From Basidiobolus meristosporus CBS 931.73 (Eukaryota > Fungi > Basidiobolomycota), in the NCBI GenBank assembly GCA_002104905.1, contig MCFE01000097.1, forward strand, positions 1 to 64,000: DNA of 64,000 bases, read 5' to 3'. Position 1 is the first letter of the stretch, and each line of letters starts with the position of its first letter. Below are positions 37,305 to 48,340 of the stretch, piece after piece. The translations under genes and the position numbers were made by a program. The notes beneath the pieces are model-generated. The model did no database searches. It had not been told where the DNA came from and saw only the letters and a program-made list of their open reading frames with translations.

Positions 37305-38900
37305 TTCTAAGCATGATATACATCACACTGCTGACTATAGGTATCTAAAAATCTGCTTAACTGCCACATTATGAACAGATCCATAGTTCTGATTTTACTG
37401 GCCGACAACTCCCACTGAATGTGAGATATCTGAATGTGTTTCAAGCAGGACGTAGATCAGACTGCTGCCAATATATTGATAAGGAAAATTGGGGCTTCCA
37501 GAAAGTACCAAGCTCTCCTGATATGGCTGAGTTTTGACCAAATTAAGGTTTGTCTCCATTGGGGTAGCTATTGGTTTACAGTCTTCTGTTTGGTACTTCT
37601 TTAATATATCCTGAATACACTAGGATTGGCTTAGGGTGATAGTCTGGGTACTTCTGTCTATGGAGAACCTTATCTTTAAGCAGTAACTGAGTTCTACTAC
37701 ACTGGACATCTTGAACTCTTTAGATAGGATGGATTTAGTCTCTTGCAATGTTTCAAGGTTATTGAAAGCTATGATAAGATCATCCACATATAGAGCTAAT
37801 AGAGCTGGATTTGCTCTATCTGGCTTATAGTATATATTATAGTCAGCATTACTCCCTTTGAAACTCAAAAATTCCAAATAAGAATCTATCTTGTAAGGCC
37901 TCTGGTGATTGTTTGAAACCATATAGGGATTTTGTAAGTTTGCAGACCAAATGGGGGTTACCTTGGTCAGCAAACCCATCAGACTGGTCCATATACATGT
38001 GCTCATCATGTTGTCCATTCAAAAATGCAGTTTTTACATCCATTTGATATATAAAAAGCTTATATTTGGCTGCAATAGCCAATATTAATCTGATGGAATT
38101 AAGCTTGGCTACTGGTGCAAAGGTCTCAGTATAGTCAAGTCCTTTTGTTTGAGAGTATCCCTTGGCCACAAGTCCTGCTTTGTATCTTTCATTTGTACCA
38201 TACGCCTTGTATTTTGTCTTAAAGACAAGTCTGCATCCAATTGATTTTTGGTTGATTGGTAATTTGACCAAGTTCAAAGTTTGATTTTCCATCAGGGCCT
38301 GATATTCCTCAGTCATTGCAGATCTCCAACACTTCATCTGAGGGCTATTTGGGGCCTCTTTCACTGTCTGGGGTTCATCAATATGGACTGAATAGGCATA
38401 GGCTAAGTTTGTACCCTCATTGATATAGTAATATGGGCTATTTCTTGTCTGGTTGGATCTCCTGGCATTGGATTCTGGAATGATAACTTCTAGGATATTA
38501 CTGGGCATTGATTCAGGCTGAACCACAGTTGTAGAGTCCTCTGGAGTGAAAAATTTTCATTGTTTTGTTCTGATTCAATCCTGACTATTGGTGGACTTGA
38601 GATCAGATTTTCATCATATCCTGTACAATCATCAATAGAGGTATTAAATACTTCATCCCATCTAAGGATAAATTTTGCATAGGTCCACACAGATCTGAGT
38701 TGATTAGATCTAGTTTTCTCTTAGTTTTGATTAGCCCAGAGCGCATGATCAGTTGTCTGGCTTTTTTTCCATATATGTAGGCTTCACAGTGCTCCAAATT
38801 AGCTAGGGAATCAATTTTTACTCTGGAAATTAGCTGATCTTTAATCATTTTGAGCAAATAATCAGATATGATTGATGTAGCTAAGAATGAGTTGTCAATG
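37305..38900 (-). mobile_element. Copia-B module F (inverted): GAG-pre-integrase/integrase fragment and RT; right half of the host split at TTCTA
   Basis: ORFs 37620-38018, 37849-38526 and 38603-38959 (NLEHCEAYIYGK, NSDLCGPM); integrase core deleted. Confidence 0.9.
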
Positions 38901-40035
38901 GCACCAGGCATTATGTAATCACTATAGAGATTTTGAGGGAGGTTGGATGGGCCCTCCACTGAAATGAAGATTGAAATAAGACAATGAAGTGGAAAGCTAA
39001 TTAGCAGGTGTGAGGTAGCTTGCTCAGTCCATATGTTCCACTACTTAGGGATATTTGGCTCAAAAATGTGGTGATCTGTTTTAATTCAGCCCAACTGGTA
39101 ACACATTGATATCCTCATCAACACGCTTGTCATCATATTAGATTGGGGATATGGCGGCTGGTAATATTGATTTGCATGTATGGGTAGTCAGATCAAAATC
39201 CGCTGAGCCTTAGTACTACTTGAGCAGCGTCAAACAAACCATGGTTAGAGAGTGAACTTGCTCACAAAATGGTTACAGGCGAGCCGCGCTGGACATGTCC
39301 CACCTCTCAGGGATTGACCAGGACTCCCCAAACCCTATCCCTCTGAAAAAGCGACGTGGGAGTAGTCAAGGACCTCCAATTTCAAATCATGGAGTATAAG
39401 TCATTTCACCCAGCCCACTACTTATTCAATGGGCGAATAATTTAGGGTGAAGTGTTCGTTATTATGGCCTGATTTAATATAGCACGAAACAAGTTACTTC
39501 AAATCGAAGCAGCAATGGCACCACATCAAACGCACATGTTCACAAGAGCGGTTGATCTGGTGCGACGGCACGGGATGGAAACAATCCAAATGCTCACGCA
39601 ATAAACCTGTGCATGAAAATGAAGTATGCCACCCCTGATGTCACTGGCTATTTTTAACCTCGACCTAATAAAAATAACCTCGCCCATAGTCCAGAAGTGG
39701 GCTCATTCCCGCCAAGAATGGGAGTAGGTTTGTTTGGTGATCGACCTGATTTGGTAGGCAATTTACCTGGGCAATGAAAGATGATGCCAGAAATAAACTG
39801 AGACCACTTTTGAAGTTGGTGTTCCGATCATCTATTACAATCAGAGTCTAATTTATGAATCCTGTCCAAAACCGGACCCAAGTTTCAGATAAGCAACCTT
39901 GAATACTTCCCAATACACAAGGCATCACACTTCCCATCATAACATGACAAGTCGGAATTGGGAATAACATGGATTTTATTAGACAAATCTACAGTTTATA
40001 ATAGTACAACAACGAATCAATGCAGAAAAGGGGAA

Positions 40036-40590
40036 CTATGCGTGATGATAGCAGGACATCTGGTAATCTTTCAAGGTCAGTCCACATTTCTCATAGAAGG
40101 CGATGTTGGATTGATTGGTGTTCAGAATGACCTTGTAACAACCGAGCTTCTCGCTGAGGGCTTTGAGCTGCTCAATCATACGGACTCCAAGTCGCTTGCC
40201 TCGTTGGGAGTCGTCAATCACGATATCTTCGATGTGGGAAGATTTGGCGCAGCCGCGGATGAATTTGTACTCTACCAGTAGGGTGCCGCATCCAACGATG
40301 CGACCGCTCTCTTGGTCTTCGATGACGACTACGTAGTAGTTCTTGGTGTTGCGCATGGCCTCGAAGGTTTCGACGAATGTGGCCTCGGAGGTCTCCCCAA
40401 CAGAGGTCAACTGAGCCAGACATTCAAAGAAACCTTTGTTGTAGTCGGTTGCCGCGAGAGGTCTCATCAGCAGGCCATTCGGCAGGGTTGCTTGAATCTC
40501 GGACGAGAGCAGATCGTACGAGAAGAGGTACTTGGAGTTCTTAGAGACCGGAACAAGGGTGACTTCAGAGTTGGCACTGTGGATGGGCAT
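40036..40590 (-). CDS. GNA1: Glucosamine-6-phosphate N-acetyltransferase (GNAT), intronless, 184 aa
   Basis: MRPLAATDYNKGF, LLVEYKFIRG, HIEDIVI, GKRLG, GCYKVIL, FYEKCG. Start taken at MPIHS. Confidence 0.9.
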   Translation of the reverse strand: MPIHSANSEVTLVPVSKNSKYLFSYDLLSSEIQATLPNGLLMRPLAATDYNKGFFECLAQLTSVGETSEATFVETFEAMRNTKNYYVVVIEDQESGRIVGCGTLLVEYKFIRGCAKSSHIEDIVIDDSQRGKRLGVRMIEQLKALSEKLGCYKVILNTNQSNIAFYEKCGLTLKDYQMSCYHHA

Positions 40591-41415
40591 TGTGAGGCAA
40601 CGATAACTGAGGATCAGCCAAGGACCATTCATCTCTTATATAGAGATGGATTAACAGCATCCACACGAGATAATTAAAGGATAACCAATTGTGTTGAATC
40701 TCCAGTAATCGTGACGCGTGGTACGATTATCTTGTGAACATAGCCTTCAGAACCTTGATAACTGCTGTTTCAGAGAGGGCCATAAATGGCAAGGTGTCTC
40801 ATCGTTCCTAATCTCCGGTTGATCGAGTTACCAATGTGGATAAATCCATTTTCTATCTTTGTTGATCCAGGGAAGCAGTGGGTTTCAGTTGCGCCGGTGA
40901 AATCAGATAGATGACGGGTGGATTTCGTCAAGATTAGATGGCGCATTTAATGCACACTTTGCAAATGGAATTTATGCCAATATAGTAATCGTGGACTGGC
41001 CGGCACGCGTGAGTGCGCAGGGGAAATGATAGGATTGTTGGCTAGGTTCTCATGGTTGGTGTACACTTGGAACTAGCTTTATTGAATGGGCGCGCCCGTG
41101 ATAACGCCTGTGGCTACGATCAAATACAACCCTTCAGACGGGCTTTGGAGTTTGACCATGCCATTACCAGGTTGAATGAACCGAAGAGTAAGGGTGAAAT
41201 GAACCTCTGATCCATACGATACTGTAAGTTTTAGTTTAGGTTGGGTTGGGTTGATAAAGATTACGGTTTAATTTGGATGTTCGTGTGTACTTTCAAAATT
41301 GAAGAGTGAAATGCTTGGAATAAAACTAGCTTACATTTGTAGTGAAACAAAGGCGATAGTGGTGGTAATGAGTGATAGTGGCGGCGGCTAAATTAGATGT
41401 GACACGGTCTCTTGA

Positions 41416-43583
41416 TTAGGCATCGATGTTGTCGACCGGGACTGGCTTGATCTTGTCTGCTGGTTGGAAACCGAACAGCTTTCCGAAGAACCAGAGCTGC
41501 GCTTCCGTCGATCGAATGATATTCGTGGCAACATGAAGCCCGTGCTGATCATTCTCGAACGTCACATAGGCCACCGGCACTTTGCTATTCCGCAAAGCGT
41601 TGACCATGATTTCAGCTTGCTTGGCGGGGACAATCTGATCATTCAAGCCCTGGAAGAAGATGCAGGGACTGGTGATTTGGTCAGCATGATGAAGTGGTGA
41701 CCGCTTTTGATAGACCGCTCTTGCTTCCGGATAGGGCCCCAAAAGACCGTCTACATGATGAGCAAGTTTAATCAGCGATTCAGTAGGCCTTAGGGCTAAT
41801 GCAGCTTACCAAGATACTTCGCTTCAAATTTGTGGATACCTAGGACCAACATTTCTAGGTCAGACACTCCGGAGTAACTGGCGCCAGCTTTGAATACATT
41901 GGGTCGGAATACAAGACAACAAAGGGTGGTGTATCCGCCAGCAAACCCTCCAGTGATCGAAAGACGCTTGGGATCCACAGAGCCCCGATCAACCAAATAC
42001 TTGGCCGCATTGCAGCAATCATCAACATCGATGATCCCCCAACTACCTTTAAGTCGGTTTCGGAACTCCCGGCCGTAGCCAGTACTTCCGCCATAATTCA
42101 CATCCACTACCGCAAATCCTCGCGAGGTCCAATACAGGATCTTCAAATTGAAGTAGCTGAACGTTTGTGAGGTAGGTCCACTATGAGACATGGTGAGAAG
42201 CGGTGGCTTTTGGTCATCTGGGCCCTTGAATCGGTCGTTTTTGGGTGGATAGTAATACCCGTATGCTACTTGCCCATTTTCGGTGGGGAAGGTAATGGAT
42301 TCGGGGATGGAAATGACGGATTCTGGAATATGGACTCGACCGGTCTCAATGATGGTTTTGATGACCTTTTCGGCTTGGACATCATACAGCACCAGACTCA
42401 GTTCGTGGTAAGGATTACCGGCAGTGAAAATCAGGATGTCGTGGTTGCTCTCCGGATGCCTCAAAGCCCTCACGTTCGATATAATGGTGAACGGGGTTGG
42501 CAATTCTTTCAGGGATTTCTCCTTCGTGTCGATGATTCCGATGTGGAAGGTTCCTTCCACAGCGTATGCTGCAGCAATCTTCGTTGCATCTGAGCAGAGA
42601 ATGGAGAATGTCGAGCGATTAAAAAGCCATTCCGGAACTGAGAATTCGGCCTTCATCGGCTTTTCGAGCACTAACTCGGGGATATTTTGCTCCTTGTCGT
42701 AGTGATAAAGATTCCAGAATCCGGTTCTGTCGCAAGCAAAGTATAACGAGCCATCGCTGTTGAACCTAGGCTGACCAATGCTTTCAGGAAGAACATTATG
42801 ACCAGCAATTTCCTTGTTCTCTGATAGGGTTACTTCTCCATCAGAATCGATGGCCAACACCCCAGTACAGAGACGAGTACTGTCCCAAGGCATAAAGGGA
42901 AGGTTCCACGTGATGTATGCCAACTGTGTAGGGTCGGAGGGGTTAACTCTTGGGGAAGAGTAAAAGTCGTGGCCTTGAGTCAAGACGGTAACGTTGAAAA
43001 CATCCTCGGGCAGATCGAGTCGGACAACAACTAGAGTATTGATTACATCCTCCCGTCCTTCACCAAGTGGTTTGTGCTCTTCCCTGACGCAGATCAAGAA
43101 CTTTCCCGAATCATGAATAGTAGGGTCAGCATATCTATAGGAACCATCATCAGGGGTTACTGGGATAATTTTCTCCGGTTGGTTAAGATCTATTTTATAT
43201 AGTCTGAAGTCGAGGTCGTTAGAGAAAACAACTATGTTTTCTTTAACATTGAAACTTCCACCACCGTATTCGTGTACACCTATAAAAAGTATAGAAAAAC
43301 ACAGCTTAGTATAAGGTTAACCACGTTGCATTTTAGTCGACGTACGAGTCCTAGGGCTGAATGGATGTGGTGTAAGCTCCACAGCATTCTCATCCAAGCT
43401 CTCCTCAAGTCGTTTTAGGAGCAAGACGGCGCGTCCACCTTCTTCTGGCCTACCCTCTACCCAAAAGACGGTATTGGTACTGGGCTCAACATGGACATCG
43501 TAAATAGCCACTGAAGAAGAAGCAAGTAGAGTTGCGGAGATAGGACTCTCCCAGGAACCGTAATCACGTACTTCGGCACTCAT
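41416..43583 (-). CDS. S9-family (prolyl oligopeptidase/acylaminoacyl peptidase-like) protein, 3 exons; nucleophile Ser replaced by Phe
   Basis: YGSWESPI, spliced RTRVHEYGGGSF, YWTSRGFAVVDVNYGGSTGYGR, GGFAGGY, QGLND, QHG. Introns 43280-43345 and 41751-41809. Confidence 0.9.
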
Positions 43584-44186
43584 ATCTGTGTTTAAGAAAA
43601 GGACCTTCCTAAAATTAAACTATACAAAGGAAGAGAATGTGTATTTTAATCTAGCTTCGTTTAAAGGTAATGTGTGGCCCTTGATTTCAAAATTTGGAAA
43701 ATCTGGTAATAAATCATCTATCGAATTTCTAATTTCCCAGCTTTTTACTGACCATTCAGCGTGCGTATATTTTGATGAGCTGGACAAGTCATTTTCTATG
43801 TGAGATGACAGCATCATCGCAACACGGTGTTCACTCATGTTTTCCCTTGGCACATAGGATCATTGGATCTCGATGACCAGGCTTTTTTCGATTCCTAGAA
43901 CGTCCAGACTTCCCATCAACATGGTAATTATTTAGTCGCCTAGCCATACAACTAATGTGGAGACTGTCCGATCAAAATGGGGAATTTTTCGGCATGTGAG
44001 CTAATGGATGTAGACATACAAAGTCATAAAATGTTCCTCATTTTTACTTCATTCTGCTATTATTTGCATCTCATCAAGTGCTTCAGATACGTTGTTTGAA
44101 CTTCCAGTAACACCTCTATCACTTCCCTCAACTTTTCAGTCATATCTGTACTCCACAGCTGAATAAAATTCTTGCCTACCTATATA

Positions 44187-46222
44187 ATGGGGAAAGGAAA
44201 GCGCGCCCTTCAACATATCTTTTCAACCAGTTCAATCTCGAAAGACGAAGAAAAGGAACCCTACCTTTTAACGCCTCCCTTATCCTCGGCTGCCCACTCT
44301 CTATCGCCACTATTAAGCGAAACTGATAATGATTCTCCTCTAGTAAGAGATCACTTGGTTCCCGCTCGAAATCCACCCAAAACGGTGAAGAGTCACCCGG
44401 AGGAGCTGGAGGATGTACCGTTACCGATCTTGATCACAACCTACTTCGGCTACATCGTGCTTATTCTCTTTGGCCACATCAGGGATTTGTTCGGGAAGGT
44501 GTTTACCAGCTCCGAGTATATACCGTTCAGCTTCATCGATGTATGCTATTTTTACCCATTACGATTTCGAGTGCCTTATTTATCTGACACCTCTCTAGGG
44601 CTATGCACCCATGATATCGGATTTCGAGAGTTTCTACAGACGCAGACTTTATCGTCGTATCAGCGACTGTTTCAATCGACCTGTGATCGGTATACCCGGA
44701 AGATTCGTCACTCTTTTGGATCGAACCAGCGTAGATTTCAATTCCACTTTCAGGTAAAAAAAAGGAATTGCGAAGTTTCCAGTGCGCATGTACTGATATC
44801 TATTGGGTAAACAGATACACCGGGGGAACAACCACCCTCTTGAACCTGGGCTCCTACAACTACCTTGGCTTCTCCGAGAACGATGGCCCTTGCACCGATT
44901 CTGTTGAAGACAGTTTACTAGAATATGGGCTCAGCACAAACAGTACCCGTTTCGAAGGAGGTTCGTTTATTTTCATCGCTAGGCCTAGTCACAAGACCAA
45001 GCCCGACTCACACGAGATCACCCTTAGGAACTCATGAGCTTCACAATGACGCCGAGGAGTTAATTGCTCGATTTGTTGGGCAGGAAGCTGCCATGATTGT
45101 AAGCACTGGGTATGCTGCCAATGCGACCACCCTTCCTGCTCTGGTCACCAAGGTATTATTGTTAGAGTTAATGGACACGCTGTTAGGACGCGTTTACTCA
45201 CCACAAGTATTTTAGAACTGTCTGGTGATATCTGACGAGTTTAACCATCCATCACTTATCAGCGGTGCCCGAATCTCTGGTGCGGCTAGTCGTGTCTTCA
45301 AACATAACAGTAAGCGTTTGTGAATAGTTTTAACGAAGCAGCATTGCTGAGATCTCAAACTCCAAAATAGGCATCGATAGTCTTGAGCAGGTCCTTCGCC
45401 AAGCTATCTCTCAGGGGCAGCCACGTACCCATCGACCATGGAAAAAGATCCTGGTGGTTGTCGAAGGTCTTTACACAAACGAGGGGTCTATCCTTCGGCT
45501 ACCAGAGATACTCGAATTAAAGCGGAGATACAAATTTTATCTCTACATTGACGAGGCACACTCCATCGGCTCCCTTGGATCCTGTGGCAGAGGAATATGT
45601 GATTATTGGGGGGTCTCACCTTCAGAGGTGGACGTCATGATGGGGACATTCTCCAAGTCCTTCGGAGCGGCTGGTGGGTACGTTTCTGGCTCACGAGAGA
45701 TCGTCGAACATCTGCGTCTACAATGCTATTCCTCGGTCTATGCGGAGACTCTATCAATTCCGGCACTACAACAGATCATCTCGAGTGTGACAATCGTCAT
45801 GGGCGAGGATGGAACCAACGAGGGAATCCGAAGGCTGGAGAGACTGGCCTTCAACGCCCGCTACTTCTCCTCCAGGCTTCGGGAGATGGGCTTTATCATC
45901 TATGGGGATATTGATTCACCGATCATTCCATTGGTCCTGTTCAACCCGGCGAAGATTCCGTAAGTATCTCGCTCTACCAATTTCCACAATCCCTCAGTTT
46001 AACTGACTTCTCTCCAGGGCCTTCTCGCGGGAGTGTCTTGCCCGGGGGATCGCGGTCAATGTGGTTGCCTACTCGAATACTCCGCTGGTGAGTGGGAGGG
46101 CAAAATTCTGTATCTCCGCGACGCACACCAGAGAGGATCTGGATTGGGCGCTCCAGCAGATCAGCGAGATAGGTGATCTCCTGAGACTTAAATTGTGTAA
46201 ATTTCCAAAAACCCACGCATGA
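44187..46222 (+). CDS. LCB2: Serine palmitoyltransferase LCB2-like subunit, divergent (6 introns by my splice model)
   Basis: [75 protein letters not shown] (PLP lysine present). Confidence 0.92.
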
Positions 46223-46478
46223 TTCACCGTCATGTCAGTGTTCGTGTAATATCTCCTAAGCTTTCAATGTAAAAATCCGCCTATTTCTAGTAACAAAACA
46301 AAGGAACATATTTGTGCCATTTATTCATCCAAAAGATTCACCCGTTACCAGTTGATTGACCATACTCGGATGGTCATGGTAGTTGATGAAAATAAATCTA
46401 ATGTAACGCACTGATCATTGCTGAATCGATGATGCTAAATGGGGGTTGGGTGTGCAATGGAGGGGTGCCCCATGCAGT

Positions 46479-47823
46479 CTAAAGAATGGCGGCTTCCTCG
46501 TCGGAATTCATCCATTTCATCGCCATCTCGTAAGCCCACAGCGTGGCGGCGTTCGCAGGGAAAGCACGAGCCATGGTGGGTCCGAAGCCACGGAAGAAGG
46601 CCCGGTAGCCCGACTCGGCGTTCAATTTGATGGCACAGTCGATGAAGTTCTTGTAACTACAGGGAAAGAGCCAGTGATGAGAAGAGGAGATCGATTGTTC
46701 CGGCCTAGTGGATGAAAGACTACCTTCTATCGTTCTGCATGCGACTTTTGATCACATCCTGAGGATAGCACACTGTCCAGCAACCGATGCCGGCTATGCC
46801 ACCGGCCATGAGCAACTCGAATCCATTGAGTTCCCGACCGGCCGCAAAGCTGTGTGAAAAGCTGGCCTTGAGCCCTTCGTAAATACCTGAATGTATGAAG
46901 GAGATAGGTTGGTCAGGTTGAATTTGGAGGTCTGCAGCACCCTAGCGAACAATAACATACCAAAGTAGGCAGCGAAACTTGGGATATCTCGGATGATAGT
47001 AATACTGATACCACGGTACAATCCTCGAATTCCGTGTTCAGAGAAGGTTCTCACCCCGCAGTTGAACACCCCAGTGTACTGTTGGGGAAGATATGGTTAG
47101 TGACAGGCCCACTTGAAGTAACCACCCGTGGATCGTTTACCGGTTTGACTGCATCGGCGGCTCCGGTGGCCACCGCATTGCTTTGAACCTGGAGTTTCAC
47201 CTTCAATAGCTCCACAGGACAATTAATGAACGACATGACCGAACCAGCCATACCACCGGCGACGGTGATCTGGGCTATGTTCTTGATTAGTACTGGCGGG
47301 AATAGGGTAGATGGTCAAGAGAAACATACTCAGAGTCAGAGGTTGGTCTTCACCAGTACGGAGCATTCTTCGGAAATACCCATTGGCACTGAATACCACG
47401 GCGTTGCTGAAAACCATCCACTTGTTAGCAAGAAACTCTCTCAGGATACGAGCAGTCTATTCGGATTTTTACCAAAAGCCAATACCGGCCAAGGGGGAGG
47501 TGACTCCTCGGTAGAGTCCAGCCAACTACAGATTTGACTCACGGTAAGTACGGGACATGCCGGGAAAGTTCGAAAAGTGTTGCTTACCCCTTCTTCTTTC
47601 AGTGTAACTCGGAAGCAATCCATGCCGCCGGTATATTTGGGAGGAACCCCTTGAGTTTGGAGACGAACCTACATGGAAACCCAAGTCAACACTCCGTATT
47701 GCTAGTGTGCTAAATAGTGAATCTTTTCACCTTAAGAGTATCGAAAGGGTGCCCGGCTACAACTTGAGCCCATCCTCCAATAGTACCGGCAATGAAGTCT
47801 TTGGCTGAGTCAGGAATGGTCAT
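46479..47823 (-). CDS. Mitochondrial carrier protein (carnitine/basic amino-acid carrier-like), multi-exon
   Basis: Three PxDxxKxRxQ signatures after splicing: HPFDTLKVRLQ, CPVELLKVKLQ, YPQDVIKSRMQ; also RDIPSFAAYF and RAFPANAA. Confidence 0.9.
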
Positions 47824-48340
47824 TTCTAAAATGCAATAAAGTCAATGATTCTTCCTTAGAAACAAACCCTTGAAATCTCGCTCACGATCAACTACCTCAA
47901 CGTGGATCTGTCAGTCAAGAGGAATGCTAAGGCTTGTCTTCACTTCAGAAAGAGGTTGATGGTAGAGGGGGAGAAGATTCAGCTTATCACCCATTGTGAA
48001 ATGTCCAGAACTTGCCCGAAATGGCAACCAGATGAGATAAAATGGACTCACATGATTCTATAGGACAAATAGGTGATGGGACAGAGTAGATTATTCCATT
48101 TAAGGCACCAAACTTAATATCATTTTTTTTCCATCTTTGCGTGACAATTTTATTTATCTTTGTACAGGTTGAATAAGTTAGTGAACTATTAGTAAGCAAT
48201 TAGGTTGATGGTGGTGAGAGGGGGAAGGGTGTATTAAAAATGGACTCGACCCATTAGAATAATGTAAGGGCATTAAAAAGTATATATGTAGGTGAGAAGT
48301 ATGTGGGAAAAATGTATGTGATGTAGGTGTGAGGTTGGTT

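Noticed and set aside
1-39000. Calling the mutation pattern classical Neurospora-type RIP
   Set aside because: The clearest signal is CpG loss rather than CpA>TpA; the mechanism cannot be assigned without a computed spectrum.
43620-43853. 77-aa ORF between the S9 and LCB2 starts
   Set aside because: No motif or splice support; more simply a shared promoter region.
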